Under the pieces are notes generated by a model. That model was not told where the DNA came from. It was given only the letters and a program-made list of their open reading frames with translations, and did not search any database. A DNA stretch of 64,000 nt from Halomicronema sp. CCY15110 (GTDB lineage Bacteria > Cyanobacteriota > Cyanobacteriia > Phormidesmidales > Phormidesmidaceae): the NCBI RefSeq assembly GCF_016888165.1, contig NZ_JACSWC010000299.1, positions 46,193-110,192 of the forward strand, read 5' to 3'. Position numbers and translations under genes: made by a program. Shown one piece after another: positions 29,127 through 40,018 of this stretch; within the stretch, counting starts at the first letter, position 1; each line of letters opens with the position of its first letter.

Positions 29127-30806
29127 ATGCATATCTATAAAACGGCAGAACCCTACGATGCGATCGTGGTGGGATCGGGGGCCAACGGCGGCGTTGCGGC
29201 CAAAGAATTGGGCGAGCGCGGCTTGCGGGTGCTCGTGCTGGAAGCGGGGCGGGATATTGATCCCCAGCGCGATCCCCATCATCCCGTTCGCGATACGGCG
29301 CGGCGGGTCATCAACATTGCGAGCCAAAAGCACACCCACCAGGCGACCCACCCCGGCTATTGGAAGGCGAATCCCGACTTTTTTGTGGATGAGCGGGAGC
29401 ACCCCTACACCACTCCCGAGCACAAACCGTTTTATTGGATTCGGGGACGGCAGGTCGGGGGGCGCAGCCACACCTGGGGTGGCATCACCCTACGACTGTC
29501 GGACTATGAATTCAAAGCGGCGCAGCGGGACGGATTTGGGGAAGACTGGCCGATCGCCCAGGCCGACCTCGCGCCTTACTACAGCCAGTTGGAGAAATAT
29601 TTTCAAGTGCAGGGCCAGCGCGATGGGCTGTCGCAGTTGCCCGATGGCGATTATCGCCCCCCCGCCCCGTTCACCCCTGCCGAAGCCGACTTACAAAGTC
29701 TGGTCAGTCAACACTGGGCCGATCGCCAACTGATCCACTCGCGCGGCTTTGCCCTCCATCATCCGACCCCCGAACAGCCCTGGTCACGGGCGGCAAGTCC
29801 CGGCTCCTCGCTGAAAACTGCCCTGGCCACGGGCAATGTGGAGCTGCGGCCCAATGCGATCGTCAGTCACCTGACGTTTGATGCTGACAGTCATCACGCC
29901 AGCGGGGTCGCCTTCATTGACCGCCTGACCCATGAGACCCATGAAGTGCGGGGACGGGTGGTGATGCTCTGTGCCTCCGCGATCGAGACGGTGCGAATTT
30001 TGCTGCATTCCACCGCTGAGCATCAGCCCCACGGCTTGGCGAACGACGCGGATCTGCTGGGGCGCTACCTGATGGATCATATTTCCGCAACGCAGTTTTT
30101 CTGGTTGCCGGGGGTGCCCATGCCACCGGAGCCGTTGCCCCTCTCGGGCAGTGAAAGCTTTTTTATCCCGCGCTTTTGCAATTTGGACAACTCGCAAAGT
30201 GAGTCATTTTTGCGAGGCTATGGTCTGTGGGGCGGCATCCAGCGCATTGCGGTGCCTTCTGTTTTACAGAAAGTGGGCGAAGGGGCGATCGGCTTTATGA
30301 TCGGCCATGGCGAAGTGCTGCCCCAGGCCGAAAATCGCGTTAGCCTCAGCCCCGATGTCGTAGACGCTTGGGGCATTCCCGCCGCTCATATCGACTGTGC
30401 CTGGTCGGATAACGAGCAGCAAATGGTGGCCCACATGCGGCAAGAAATTCAGGCCACGGTGGAGGCGGCTGGGGGGCAGTGCTATGCGCTGACGGACCTG
30501 TATCACATGCCCGCCGTGGCCCCGTTGATGCGGCGGGTGGAGAAAAGCCTTACCCCCGCTGGCCCCCCCGGCTACTACATCCACGAAGTCGGCGGCGCGC
30601 GCATGGGCACCTCGCCCCAAAACTCGGTGGTGAATGCCGATAACCAATGTTGGGAAGCGCCGAACGTGCTGGTCACCGACGGCGCCTGTTGGACCTCGTC
30701 GGGGTGGCAGAGTCCCACCCTGACGGAAATGGCGATCACGGCGCGGGCCTGCGATCGCGTCACCCAAAAGCTCCGCCACGGGTTGGCCCTACAACTGGCT
30801 GGCTGA
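29127..30806 (+). CDS. GMC family FAD-dependent oxidoreductase
   Basis: N-term YDAIVVGSGANGGVAAKELGERGLRVLVLEAG. C-terminal GMC region. Confidence 0.85.
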   Translation: MHIYKTAEPYDAIVVGSGANGGVAAKELGERGLRVLVLEAGRDIDPQRDPHHPVRDTARRVINIASQKHTHQATHPGYWKANPDFFVDEREHPYTTPEHKPFYWIRGRQVGGRSHTWGGITLRLSDYEFKAAQRDGFGEDWPIAQADLAPYYSQLEKYFQVQGQRDGLSQLPDGDYRPPAPFTPAEADLQSLVSQHWADRQLIHSRGFALHHPTPEQPWSRAASPGSSLKTALATGNVELRPNAIVSHLTFDADSHHASGVAFIDRLTHETHEVRGRVVMLCASAIETVRILLHSTAEHQPHGLANDADLLGRYLMDHISATQFFWLPGVPMPPEPLPLSGSESFFIPRFCNLDNSQSESFLRGYGLWGGIQRIAVPSVLQKVGEGAIGFMIGHGEVLPQAENRVSLSPDVVDAWGIPAAHIDCAWSDNEQQMVAHMRQEIQATVEAAGGQCYALTDLYHMPAVAPLMRRVEKSLTPAGPPGYYIHEVGGARMGTSPQNSVVNADNQCWEAPNVLVTDGACWTSSGWQSPTLTEMAITARACDRVTQKLRHGLALQLAG

Positions 30807-30941
30807 AACCCTGCCCTGATGACCGATTTCAGACGCCCTGTGAAGGTGGCTTGGCCCAGAAGTGTTACTGAAAATCCAACAGACTTCAAACGAAGCAGCG
30901 CACAGCTACTCAAATTGACTGTGCTATTTTTTCCCTTACCC

Positions 30942-33059
30942 TTAGCTCAATAGCTTGCGCGCCTGCTCCTGCATCGTGCCCGATACGTATGTCGAAGGTG
31001 ATATATCTTGAACTTCAACCCTAGTGACTTTGACTCCCCACGGTTCAGTAGCTTCATCAAGAATATCTAACAGTGCTTGATTCAATTCATTCCTACTACC
31101 GAAGACGTGCGACAAAGATATTTTGCCGATTTCCGATCTCAATGCCGCGACGACCACCTCACGAATGGCATCACTAACATTTTCAATTTCGTAGTAAGTA
31201 CGCTCTAGATCCATGATTTTCCAATACACTACAGCGTCGATATCCAACGGAAAGTTGTCATGTGTAGTAATTGAAAGTGGCAGCACATCTAGCATGCGTT
31301 CCCGAATACTTTCTTCCCAGACAATCGTGTCTAAAAAAGGAACTATGAAATTTAGACCTGGTCTAAGCTTTCTGTGGTATCGGCCCAAGCGCTCGACTAA
31401 TGCTTGATTGCTCTGATTGACTATTCTTATAGCACCAACTGTGTAGCCACCAATGACTATGAGGGCTAAGATGGGAAATAGAGAGGGAGCCATGGCCGCA
31501 TTTGGAGTGGCGTAAAGAAGGATAAAAGCAAAAAAGCCAATGATCACATATGGAATTATCCATTTTTTAAGGAATAACGTATTATTAGTTTTTCTCCGTG
31601 AATTTTCTGCTTCCGTATTTTGATCTGCGCTCTTTTTAATGAATTCGATAACTTGAACAAAATTCTTAGTATATCTTTCTGCCCAAACAAAATTATTCTC
31701 GTATTTTCTTTTCCAATTAAGTGCTATTTTCAAGTCAAGATCTCTCATGAGGGCAGCCTTTCCTTCTTCATATGCTTGGGCACGATCTGACAAACGTATA
31801 TAGTCTCGTGCTGCCTCAGCTTCTTCATCCATCCAACTCTGAAGACGGCCCCAAATACGCATGAGGCTTTCTTGTGAAATATCAATGATGGTGTCTTCCT
31901 GCAGATCGTTGACTAAAGGTGGCATTAGATACGAAACACCTCGCTCTCGAAAACGATTAATGATCGGAATAAGCTCTGATTTGTTTTTTCTAGTGACTGA
32001 ACCGAGTTCTGCCACAGAACAAGGGCGACGGATTTCTCGATTATCAACACCACGTTCTGTTAATCTCTTAAAGATTGTTTCAATTATTTTCCGAGATTCC
32101 TGATTAGAGAAGCTCAGATAAATTTGATCGGCATGAAGAGAGAGGGCCTGGGCCATGCCGCCGATCTCCTCGTAATGTTCCAGATCCAGCGGGACGTCTG
32201 GAGTGTGCTGATCTTCCCAGTGGTCCCAGGTGCGCATGAGGGCATGCTGCAAAATCGGCAACTGATCGGGGTTATCCCCGGTGTCGTTCAGCAACCGATT
32301 TACCAGGCGCGGCGTAATGGTCGCGCCGCCCACCGCCACTGGCCCCTCAATGGCTCGCCGCAACTGATCCCGCGTCAGTCGAGGAATCAGATACTGGCTA
32401 TCGTTCAGGGTTTCCGGCAGGTCACGAAACTGGGCACAGTCGCCCAAAAAGTCCGATCGCATGGTCAGCACCACAAAAATCGGCACCGTCCGCTGGTTCA
32501 CCGCGGCGAGCAGCAGCTTCACAAAGGCGGCCGCCTCATCTTCCGCCTCTAAGTAATGGCCCCCGGCCGCCGCCTGCGCTTTAAACCGAAACAGTTCCTC
32601 AAACTGGTCGACCACGACTAGCAGGCTTTCATCTGGGGCCAGGCGAGCTTGCTGGGTTACCTCCACCAGGCCCAGGCTGCCCCGCCGCAGGGTACTCTCC
32701 GTCAGGGCTCGGCGAATCACGGCTTCATCATGAGCTGCTGACACCCCAAACACATCAGGATCGTTCAACGCCGTGGCCAACTTGTACATCGGCGCACTGC
32801 CCGGCCGCAACACGGCGATGCGCCAGCTAGAGGTGGCTCCCGGCAAAAAGCCGCTGTAAAGCGAGGGCAGCAACCCCGCCCGCACCAGGGAAGATTTGCC
32901 ACTGCCAGAGGTGCCGACCACTCCCAAAAAGCGGGTACGATGCAGGCGCCGGATGAGCTCGTCAGACTGCCCTTCGCGGCCAAAAAACAGATGTTCCTCA
33001 TCCAGTTCAAAGGGCCGCAGACCGGGGAAGGGATTGGTGCGATTAGGTGTGACTACCAT
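30942..33059 (-). CDS. STAND-type P-loop NTPase fused to two TM helices and an SPFH/band-7 (stomatin/HflK-like) domain
   Basis: N-term NPFPGLRPFELDEEHLFFGREGQSDEL...FLGVVGTSGSGKSSLVRAGLLPSL (Walker A) and Walker B LLVVVDQFEE. TM helices WIIPYVIIGFFAFILLYATP and LFPILALIVIGGYTVGAI. C-term GLNFIVPFLDTIVW...ITTHDNFPLDIDAVVYWKI...VVVAALRSEIGKISLSHVF...WGVKVTRVEVQDI is an SPFH domain. The NTPase half is GC-rich. The TM/SPFH half (approx 30942-32100) is markedly AT-rich. Confidence 0.75.
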   Translation of the reverse strand: MVVTPNRTNPFPGLRPFELDEEHLFFGREGQSDELIRRLHRTRFLGVVGTSGSGKSSLVRAGLLPSLYSGFLPGATSSWRIAVLRPGSAPMYKLATALNDPDVFGVSAAHDEAVIRRALTESTLRRGSLGLVEVTQQARLAPDESLLVVVDQFEELFRFKAQAAAGGHYLEAEDEAAAFVKLLLAAVNQRTVPIFVVLTMRSDFLGDCAQFRDLPETLNDSQYLIPRLTRDQLRRAIEGPVAVGGATITPRLVNRLLNDTGDNPDQLPILQHALMRTWDHWEDQHTPDVPLDLEHYEEIGGMAQALSLHADQIYLSFSNQESRKIIETIFKRLTERGVDNREIRRPCSVAELGSVTRKNKSELIPIINRFRERGVSYLMPPLVNDLQEDTIIDISQESLMRIWGRLQSWMDEEAEAARDYIRLSDRAQAYEEGKAALMRDLDLKIALNWKRKYENNFVWAERYTKNFVQVIEFIKKSADQNTEAENSRRKTNNTLFLKKWIIPYVIIGFFAFILLYATPNAAMAPSLFPILALIVIGGYTVGAIRIVNQSNQALVERLGRYHRKLRPGLNFIVPFLDTIVWEESIRERMLDVLPLSITTHDNFPLDIDAVVYWKIMDLERTYYEIENVSDAIREVVVAALRSEIGKISLSHVFGSRNELNQALLDILDEATEPWGVKVTRVEVQDISPSTYVSGTMQEQARKLLS

Positions 33060-33062
33060 CGG

Positions 33063-34556
33063 TTATACTGACCCTCCGGCATGGCCTAACGAAGCGACAA
33101 ACTCGGCCAACAGCGTGGGCTGAAAGCCCTGATCGCCAGGAATCATTAACACCTCTGGATCAGAAAACTTTTGCTTGCCGGGGGCCGCCACATACACCGC
33201 CTTTGCCAGCAACGGTTTCGAGCGACCGTACAGCGTCTTTTTCAAGGCATTCAGGCGACGCTTGAGCCACAGGGCACTGGCCTCGCCGTAGTAAATTAGC
33301 ACCGCCTCACACTGCTGAATCAACGCCTCCGAGCGGCTGAGGGTGCCCTGCTCGTAGTCCGGCAGCATCACCTGAAAATGCTGCTCTAACCACTCATACA
33401 GCGGCTCAATTGCCGGATTGTCTAGATCGCGCTCATCGCAGTCCAAATAAATCTGCACGCGGCCATCGGGGGCCCGGTCCAGGGGCCGCGCCACCGGCGG
33501 CGTCAAGCGGGTATAGATGATATCTTTCAACGCTTCCACATTGGTGCGGATAAAATCGGGGTCGCTCTGGAGTTCGGTCACGAAGTCATCCGGGGTGATG
33601 GCATCGGTATCGGGGGGCAGCCACAGCAACCGCGAAAAGTCGGACCGTCCTTGCCCACATTGGGCCGCTAGCGCCACCTGGTCTCGGGTGCGCAGGGTCG
33701 CCAACTGGCGATAAATCTGTTCCTGAGTGGGCGACTGCCCCGCCGGTGGCTGACTCGGGTTGGGACTCAGCAGATGCACCGACAAGTGGGCGCGGGTCAG
33801 CGCTTCACACACTGTTTGCGCAAACGCCCCCGGCTCACTGGGCAACGGCTGATCCGGCAGCACCTGATGGCCCGCCTGTTCTAACTCCCGCCGAATGCAC
33901 TCGCGATCGACTTGCAAATCGGGGGTGGTGTCGGCCAGATAAATCACCTTGCGGTCAGCGGGCACCGCTCCCAGCAAAGGTGCCGCCAGGGCCGGCGGCC
34001 CGAGCTGAGCATCGAGAATGTCCAGGGTTTGATGAATGTCGTAGGCTAAGTCATTCAACTTGGCGTAAAACTTCCGCTCCTGCTCTGGCCCATAGACCCG
34101 GTCAAACTCTTGGGGCCGACCGGCATCATCAATTTCGTAAAATTCATACCCCAAGAAATTTGCCACCACCGCTGGGTGCTGCTCGATGGGCAGGTAAGTT
34201 TTGATCACCTTAAACAACCGTGTTTTGGTCTCTCCGGCCCGCAAGCCGCCCTGCTGATCCGCCGCCTGACAAAACCCCTGGAGCTCTCTCATACACCAGT
34301 CCGATTGCAAATAGCGCGGCGACAGCACCGACACCAGCAGTGCCGACTGAGTGAGGGCCTCAAAAATGGCCTCATCGAGATCTTCGTTGCCCCAGAGTCG
34401 GCGATCGCGCCAAATTCGCGATTCTTTGCCCCGCAGCTGCGACAAACGAATCTCCAAGGCTTTGTGGAAGGCGGATATCCAACCCGCTTCGTCGGGGTTT
34501 AACGATTGGTTATCAATGTGGGTGAAGCTGATAAAGACATCCTGCGCGAAAGTCAT
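33063..34556 (-). CDS. TIR domain protein (N-terminal TIR plus two further TIR-like/Rossmann-like repeats)
   Basis: DVFISFTHIDN...WISAFHKALEIRLSQLRGKESRIWRD...LLVSVLSPRYLQSDWCMRELQGF is a canonical TIR. Two further repeats with a similar strand pattern (KVIYLADT..., RVQIYLDCDE...AVLIYYGEAS). Its stop lies 3 nt upstream of the NTPase-SPFH gene start. Confidence 0.75.
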   Translation of the reverse strand: MTFAQDVFISFTHIDNQSLNPDEAGWISAFHKALEIRLSQLRGKESRIWRDRRLWGNEDLDEAIFEALTQSALLVSVLSPRYLQSDWCMRELQGFCQAADQQGGLRAGETKTRLFKVIKTYLPIEQHPAVVANFLGYEFYEIDDAGRPQEFDRVYGPEQERKFYAKLNDLAYDIHQTLDILDAQLGPPALAAPLLGAVPADRKVIYLADTTPDLQVDRECIRRELEQAGHQVLPDQPLPSEPGAFAQTVCEALTRAHLSVHLLSPNPSQPPAGQSPTQEQIYRQLATLRTRDQVALAAQCGQGRSDFSRLLWLPPDTDAITPDDFVTELQSDPDFIRTNVEALKDIIYTRLTPPVARPLDRAPDGRVQIYLDCDERDLDNPAIEPLYEWLEQHFQVMLPDYEQGTLSRSEALIQQCEAVLIYYGEASALWLKRRLNALKKTLYGRSKPLLAKAVYVAAPGKQKFSDPEVLMIPGDQGFQPTLLAEFVASLGHAGGSV

Positions 34557-34889
34557 ATGGCAGCTAACTCAGAGGGGCTCAGTTGAGAAACACGACGATC
34601 GCGATGGGGATGACGTCATTCCCATTGAAAATAACAAGAATTGCTTGAGTCACCAAATAATTTTGTCGGGTTTACCCCTGGCCGCCTGGCTTCTCCCCGG
34701 CCAGCGATCGGTATCCGACGACGACAGGGGGCGCTCAGCATGGATGCCAGCGGTTTACTGAGTGGGTCATGGCCATTTCGCTGGCGATCGCCCCACCAAT
34801 CCCAAGCAAATTTGGATCAGGTCGTTGGGGATCAACAACAGCCGATAGAATGATTTGGATCTGTATCCTGCCTTGGTTAGGAAAAGCCT

Positions 34890-37800
34890 ATGCCGCGCCG
34901 CGAAGACCTGAAAAAAATTCTCCTAATTGGTTCTGGCCCGATTGTGATTGGTCAAGCCTGCGAATTTGACTATTCCGGGACTCAGGCTTGCAAAGCGCTG
35001 CGCGAAGAAGGCTACGAAGTGGTGCTGGTGAACTCCAATCCGGCCACGATCATGACCGACCCCGAGACCGCCGATCGCACCTACATTGAGCCGCTAACGC
35101 CAGAGTTTGTGGCGAAGGTCATCGAGCAGGAACGCCCCGACGCCATGTTGCCCACCATGGGCGGCCAGACCGCCCTCAACATTGCCGTAGATTTGGCCAG
35201 AAGTGGGGTGCTCGATCGCTACGGCGTCGAGCTAATTGGGGCCAAGCTGGAAGCGATCGAAAAGGCCGAAGACCGCAAGCTCTTCAAAGATGCGATGGAA
35301 AAAATCGGCGTGGCGGTGTGCCCTTCGGGGCTGGCCGAAACCCTCAGCGACGCCAAAGAGGTGGCCAAGCACATCAACTCTTTTCCCCTCATTATTCGAC
35401 CCGCCTTCACCATGGGCGGGGCGGGCGGCGGCATCGCCTACAACCAGGAAGAACTCGAACGGATTGCCCAATCCGGACTGGATGCCAGCCCCGTGTCGCA
35501 AATCATCATCGAGCAATCCCTCCTCGGTTGGAAAGAGTACGAACTAGAGGTGATGCGCGATCTAGCCGATAACGTCGTGATCATCTGCTCCATCGAAAAC
35601 CTTGACCCCATGGGGGTACATACCGGCGATTCCATCACCGTGGCCCCGGCTCAAACCCTGACTGACAAGGAATACCAGCGACTGCGCGATGCGTCCATTC
35701 GCATCATCCGGGAAATTGGCGTGGAAACCGGGGGCTCCAACATTCAGTTCGCGGTGAACCCCACCAATGGCGAGTTCATCGTGATTGAGATGAACCCGCG
35801 CGTGTCTCGCAGTTCGGCGCTGGCCTCTAAAGCCACGGGTTTCCCCATTGCCAAGTTTGCCGCCAAGCTGGCCGTTGGTTATTCGCTGGATGAAATCAAC
35901 AACGACATTACCCAAAAAACCCCGGCCAGTTTTGAGCCCACCATTGACTATGTGGTGACCAAAATCCCCCGGTTTGCGTTCGAAAAATTCCCCGGCACCC
36001 AGGCGGTGCTGACGACGCAGATGAAGTCGGTTGGGGAAGCGATGGCGATTGGCCGCACCTTTCAGGAATCTTTCCAAAAGGCGTTTCGATCGCTAGAAAC
36101 GGGCCGCGCGGGTTGGGGCTGCGATCGCCGCGAAACCTTGCCCAATCTCTCGACCCTGCGATCGCGCTTGCGCACCCCCAGCCCCGATCGCATCTTTTCC
36201 GTGCGCCACGCCCTGCAGCTGGGCATCGACATTAGCGAAATCTACTCGTTGACGGGCATTGATCCCTGGTTTTTGCACAAGCTGGCGGATCTGCTCGCCA
36301 CCGAAAAATGGCTCAAGCGTCACGACCTCAAGACCTTGACAGCGCCACAAATGTATCGCCTCAAGCAGCAAGGCTTTAGCGATCGCCAGATTGCCTTTGC
36401 CAAAAACACCACCGAAGATGCCGTGCGCGCCCTGCGACAAGGCCTCGGGGTGAATCCCGTCTACAAAACTGTAGACACCTGCGCCGCCGAATTTGAAGCC
36501 TACACCCCCTACTACTACTCCACTTACGAGGAAGAGACCGAAGTACAGCCCAGCGATCGCCGTAAAGTCATGATTCTCGGTGGTGGCCCCAATCGCATTG
36601 GCCAGGGCATCGAGTTTGACTACTGCTGCTGCCACGCGTCCTTTGCACTGCAAGACGACGACTTCGAGACCATTATGGTCAACTCCAACCCCGAGACGGT
36701 TTCCACCGACTACGACACCAGCGATCGCCTCTACTTTGAGCCCCTGACCAAAGAGGACGTGCTGAATATTATCGAAGCCGAACATCCCGAAGGCATCATC
36801 ATCCAGTTTGGCGGTCAAACCCCGCTGAAACTGGCCGTGCCGCTGCAAGAGTATCTGCAAAACCAAGCCGCCATCGCCGCCGCCGACACCCAGCCAGCCA
36901 CCCACCCCGTCACCCAAATTTGGGGCACCTCCCCCGACTCCATCGACACGGCAGAAGATCGCGAGCGTTTTGAGCAAATTTTGCACGAGTTGGCGATCTT
37001 GCAGCCCGCCAACGGCATTGCCCGCAGCACCGCCGAAGCCCTCCAGATTGCTCGCAAAATCGACTATCCCGTGGTGGTGCGGCCCAGCTACGTCCTCGGG
37101 GGTCGGGCGATGGAGATCGTCTACTCCGATCGCGAGCTCGAACACTACATGACCTATGCCGTGCAGGTTGAGCCCGATCATCCCATTCTGGTTGACAAGT
37201 TTTTAGAAGAAGCCGTGGAAGTCGATGTGGATGCGATCGCCGATGCCACCGGCGACGTGGTCATTGGCGGCATTATGGAACACATCGAGCAAGCCGGGAT
37301 TCACTCCGGCGACTCCGCCTGCTCCCTACCCACCATCACCCTGCCCGACGCCGCCCTCGCCACCATCCGCGAGTGGACAGTCAAACTCGCTCAGCGCTTG
37401 CAAGTCATCGGGTTGATGAACATTCAATTTGCAGTCAAAGGCGAGCAAGTCTACATACTCGAAGCGAATCCCCGCGCTTCGCGGACCGTGCCTTTCGTCT
37501 CCAAGGCCACGGGGGTACCGCTGGCCAAAATTGCCGTACAGGTCATGTCGGGCAAAACCCTGGCCGAGCTAAGCGTCACCAAGGAAGTCATTCCCCAACA
37601 TATTTCGGTTAAAGAAGCGGTGCTGCCCTTCGATCGCTTCCTCGGCACCGACACCATCCTGGGCCCAGAAATGCGTTCTACCGGGGAAGTCATGGGCATT
37701 GATGTGGACTTTGGCAAAGCTTTTGCCAAGGCCGAACTGGGGGCCAACCAAAAGCTACCGCAGCAGGGGACGGTCTTTCTCTCGATGAACGATCGCGACA

Positions 37801-38156
37801 AAGAAGCCGTGGTGCCCATTGCCAAGGATTTGGCTGATCTCGGCTTTCAGCTGTTGGCGACCAGCGGCACTCAGGCCGTGCTGCAAAATCATGGCCTGAC
37901 GGTGGCTACTGTCCTCAAAGTTCACGAAGGCCGCCCCCACGTCGTTGACCAAATCAAAAATGGGCAAATTCAGCTCATCATTAACACGCCGCTGGGCGAT
38001 AAAGCCCAGCAGGATGATCATGAAATTCGGCGCACAGCACTCGCCTACAAAGTCCCGACCATCACTACCATCGCGGCGGCTCGCGCCACAGCGGCGGCTC
38101 TGCGATCGCTGCAAAACGAGTCCCTCAGCGTCAAAGCTTTGCAAGACTATTTGTAA
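34890..38156 (+). CDS. carB: Carbamoyl-phosphate synthase large subunit
   Basis: 1088 aa. [47 protein letters not shown] and duplicated ATP-grasp modules. Confidence 0.95.
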   Translation: MPRREDLKKILLIGSGPIVIGQACEFDYSGTQACKALREEGYEVVLVNSNPATIMTDPETADRTYIEPLTPEFVAKVIEQERPDAMLPTMGGQTALNIAVDLARSGVLDRYGVELIGAKLEAIEKAEDRKLFKDAMEKIGVAVCPSGLAETLSDAKEVAKHINSFPLIIRPAFTMGGAGGGIAYNQEELERIAQSGLDASPVSQIIIEQSLLGWKEYELEVMRDLADNVVIICSIENLDPMGVHTGDSITVAPAQTLTDKEYQRLRDASIRIIREIGVETGGSNIQFAVNPTNGEFIVIEMNPRVSRSSALASKATGFPIAKFAAKLAVGYSLDEINNDITQKTPASFEPTIDYVVTKIPRFAFEKFPGTQAVLTTQMKSVGEAMAIGRTFQESFQKAFRSLETGRAGWGCDRRETLPNLSTLRSRLRTPSPDRIFSVRHALQLGIDISEIYSLTGIDPWFLHKLADLLATEKWLKRHDLKTLTAPQMYRLKQQGFSDRQIAFAKNTTEDAVRALRQGLGVNPVYKTVDTCAAEFEAYTPYYYSTYEEETEVQPSDRRKVMILGGGPNRIGQGIEFDYCCCHASFALQDDDFETIMVNSNPETVSTDYDTSDRLYFEPLTKEDVLNIIEAEHPEGIIIQFGGQTPLKLAVPLQEYLQNQAAIAAADTQPATHPVTQIWGTSPDSIDTAEDRERFEQILHELAILQPANGIARSTAEALQIARKIDYPVVVRPSYVLGGRAMEIVYSDRELEHYMTYAVQVEPDHPILVDKFLEEAVEVDVDAIADATGDVVIGGIMEHIEQAGIHSGDSACSLPTITLPDAALATIREWTVKLAQRLQVIGLMNIQFAVKGEQVYILEANPRASRTVPFVSKATGVPLAKIAVQVMSGKTLAELSVTKEVIPQHISVKEAVLPFDRFLGTDTILGPEMRSTGEVMGIDVDFGKAFAKAELGANQKLPQQGTVFLSMNDRDKEAVVPIAKDLADLGFQLLATSGTQAVLQNHGLTVATVLKVHEGRPHVVDQIKNGQIQLIINTPLGDKAQQDDHEIRRTALAYKVPTITTIAAARATAAALRSLQNESLSVKALQDYL

Positions 38157-38426
38157 AGCCTCAGGAATGAGGAGCAAATAACATCCAGATTGTTAGGGCA
38201 GGCATCTTGCCTGCCTGGGGACAGCCGAGACGGCTGTTCCAACTGATTAAATTCTCATTCCTTAGCAAAGGGTTTACAGCGCCTAGACAAAAGCTCAGCC
38301 GCAAAGTTCTGACGCCTGACCAGGAACAGTCTCCATACTCATCGGCCCAGCTACCCAACCACCCAGCTACCCATTCACTTCCCACAACCGGCATGTGGTT
38401 TTCTCGCTGCTCCCTCTCGCCACTCC

Positions 38427-39161
38427 CTAAGGGTAAGGCGGAGTTGGGTAGGCACGATCGCGAGGTAAGGTCATTTTCGAACGTTGCGATCGCCGATATA
38501 ACAGCTCTAACTGCCCCCCCGCCTCTTGTATGAAGGCTCGCTGGCGGCGATATTGGCTCTGAAAATAGTTGGCAAAAATGAGGGTGGCGATCGCGATGAC
38601 CAGCCCCACCGCCGTGGTCAACAGCGCTTCCCCAATGCCGGCAATCACCGCCAACGAGCTATCCCCACCGGCACCGCCCAACTCCAGGGCAGAGAGCGCC
38701 TGCACCAACCCCAAAATCGTGCCCAGCAAACCCAGCAGCGGGGCAATGCCCACAATGGTGTTGAACGCCGTGGCAAACCGTTGCAGCAGCGGCAGTTCTC
38801 CCTGGGCGGCACTCTCCAGCGCCAGCCGAAATTCTTCGGGGGTGGCGTTGGGCAGGGTCAGCGCCGCCAAAAAGATGCGAGCCAAGGGCAGATCCGTATT
38901 TTTTTTCAGGTGCGTCACCACAATTTGGGGCTGCTGTCCGTAGGTTTCCAATACCGTACGGATCAGTTGGCGCTGGCGTTTGCCAATGCGCTGCCAAAAC
39001 CACAGCCGCTCGAAAATCAGCGTCATCGCCACGAGGGATGTCGCTAACAACGGGATGGTGACCCAACTGTCCCACAACGTGTTGGTAATATCCACGCTCT
39101 GCCATCGGTAAATGCCGCCCATCATCATAGCGATATCAGGGGCGATCGCAACGCCCCTCAT
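38427..39161 (-). CDS. MotA/TolQ/ExbB proton-channel family protein
   Basis: C-terminal FNTIVGIAPLLGLLGTILGLVQAL motif. Start moved to an internal Met to avoid overlap with the upstream gene. No exbD partner seen. Confidence 0.6.
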   Translation of the reverse strand: MRGVAIAPDIAMMMGGIYRWQSVDITNTLWDSWVTIPLLATSLVAMTLIFERLWFWQRIGKRQRQLIRTVLETYGQQPQIVVTHLKKNTDLPLARIFLAALTLPNATPEEFRLALESAAQGELPLLQRFATAFNTIVGIAPLLGLLGTILGLVQALSALELGGAGGDSSLAVIAGIGEALLTTAVGLVIAIATLIFANYFQSQYRRQRAFIQEAGGQLELLYRRSQRSKMTLPRDRAYPTPPYP

Positions 39162-39174
39162 CGGCCTCGCCCCC

Positions 39175-39987
39175 CTAGCGGGATGGGAGGCCAGCCATCG
39201 ATGTCGCACTGTCGGACACGGGCAACACATTCAACGCCTTGAGGCACTGACGTAAATTCACCGCATCTTCTAACAAGCACACATGCCCGCTCTCTGGCAG
39301 GGCGTAAATCTGGGCCTGGGGCAGCGCTTGTTGCAGCAACTGTGCTTCGGCAGGGGAGGGCAACAGGCGATCGCGCCCGCTCGCCAGCAGGCTAGTCGGC
39401 ACGTGCAGCCGCGTTAACGCCTCCCGGTTCACCTCAAAGCGATTGAGTAGATTGATCCGCCAAGCCACACAGGCTTGCGAAATGGGTCGCACAGTGCGAA
39501 CAAACAAGTCCCGCTTATCCTGGCTAATACGGTCTAAATTGGCTAACAGCGGCAGGGCAACCGCCCCGGAAGTTTGAAATAACCACTCGGGAATAGTGCT
39601 GGTATATTGCGTCAGCCATCGCATCCACGCCGAGCGGCCCAGGGCCGAAGCTGGATTGATTAGCACCAGATGGGTCAAGCGAGCCGGAGCCATCAGCGCC
39701 ACCTGCAAGGCCAAACAACCGCCAAAGGACTCGCCGCAGACATAGATGGGGCGATCGCCTCCCGCTTCTTGCATTAAGTGAATCACCGCTTGCGCCAACG
39801 CAGACCAGTCTTGACGGTTGTCTGGGGGAATCGTCAAACACCGCACATCAAAATCGTGCGCCAATGTCTGCACCTGAGAAACAAAGAGCTGACCCGTGCC
39901 ATCGAGCCCCGGCAGCAGCAACAGTAGCGGCTTGTCGAGTTGAGGCAAAACAGGCGCAAATAAACTAGGCGTAACGGATGACTTCAT
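39175..39987 (-). CDS. Alpha/beta hydrolase fold protein
   Basis: Nucleophile elbow VCGESFGG. Length 270 aa. Confidence 0.7.
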   Translation of the reverse strand: MKSSVTPSLFAPVLPQLDKPLLLLLPGLDGTGQLFVSQVQTLAHDFDVRCLTIPPDNRQDWSALAQAVIHLMQEAGGDRPIYVCGESFGGCLALQVALMAPARLTHLVLINPASALGRSAWMRWLTQYTSTIPEWLFQTSGAVALPLLANLDRISQDKRDLFVRTVRPISQACVAWRINLLNRFEVNREALTRLHVPTSLLASGRDRLLPSPAEAQLLQQALPQAQIYALPESGHVCLLEDAVNLRQCLKALNVLPVSDSATSMAGLPSR

Positions 39988-40018
39988 TAACCTCAGAGAG
40001 CATCGCTAAAGCAAACTA

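Noticed and set aside
35562-37181. Minus-strand ORFs 35562..36077 and 36093..37181 inside carB
   Set aside because: Antisense to an unambiguous carB. No motifs.
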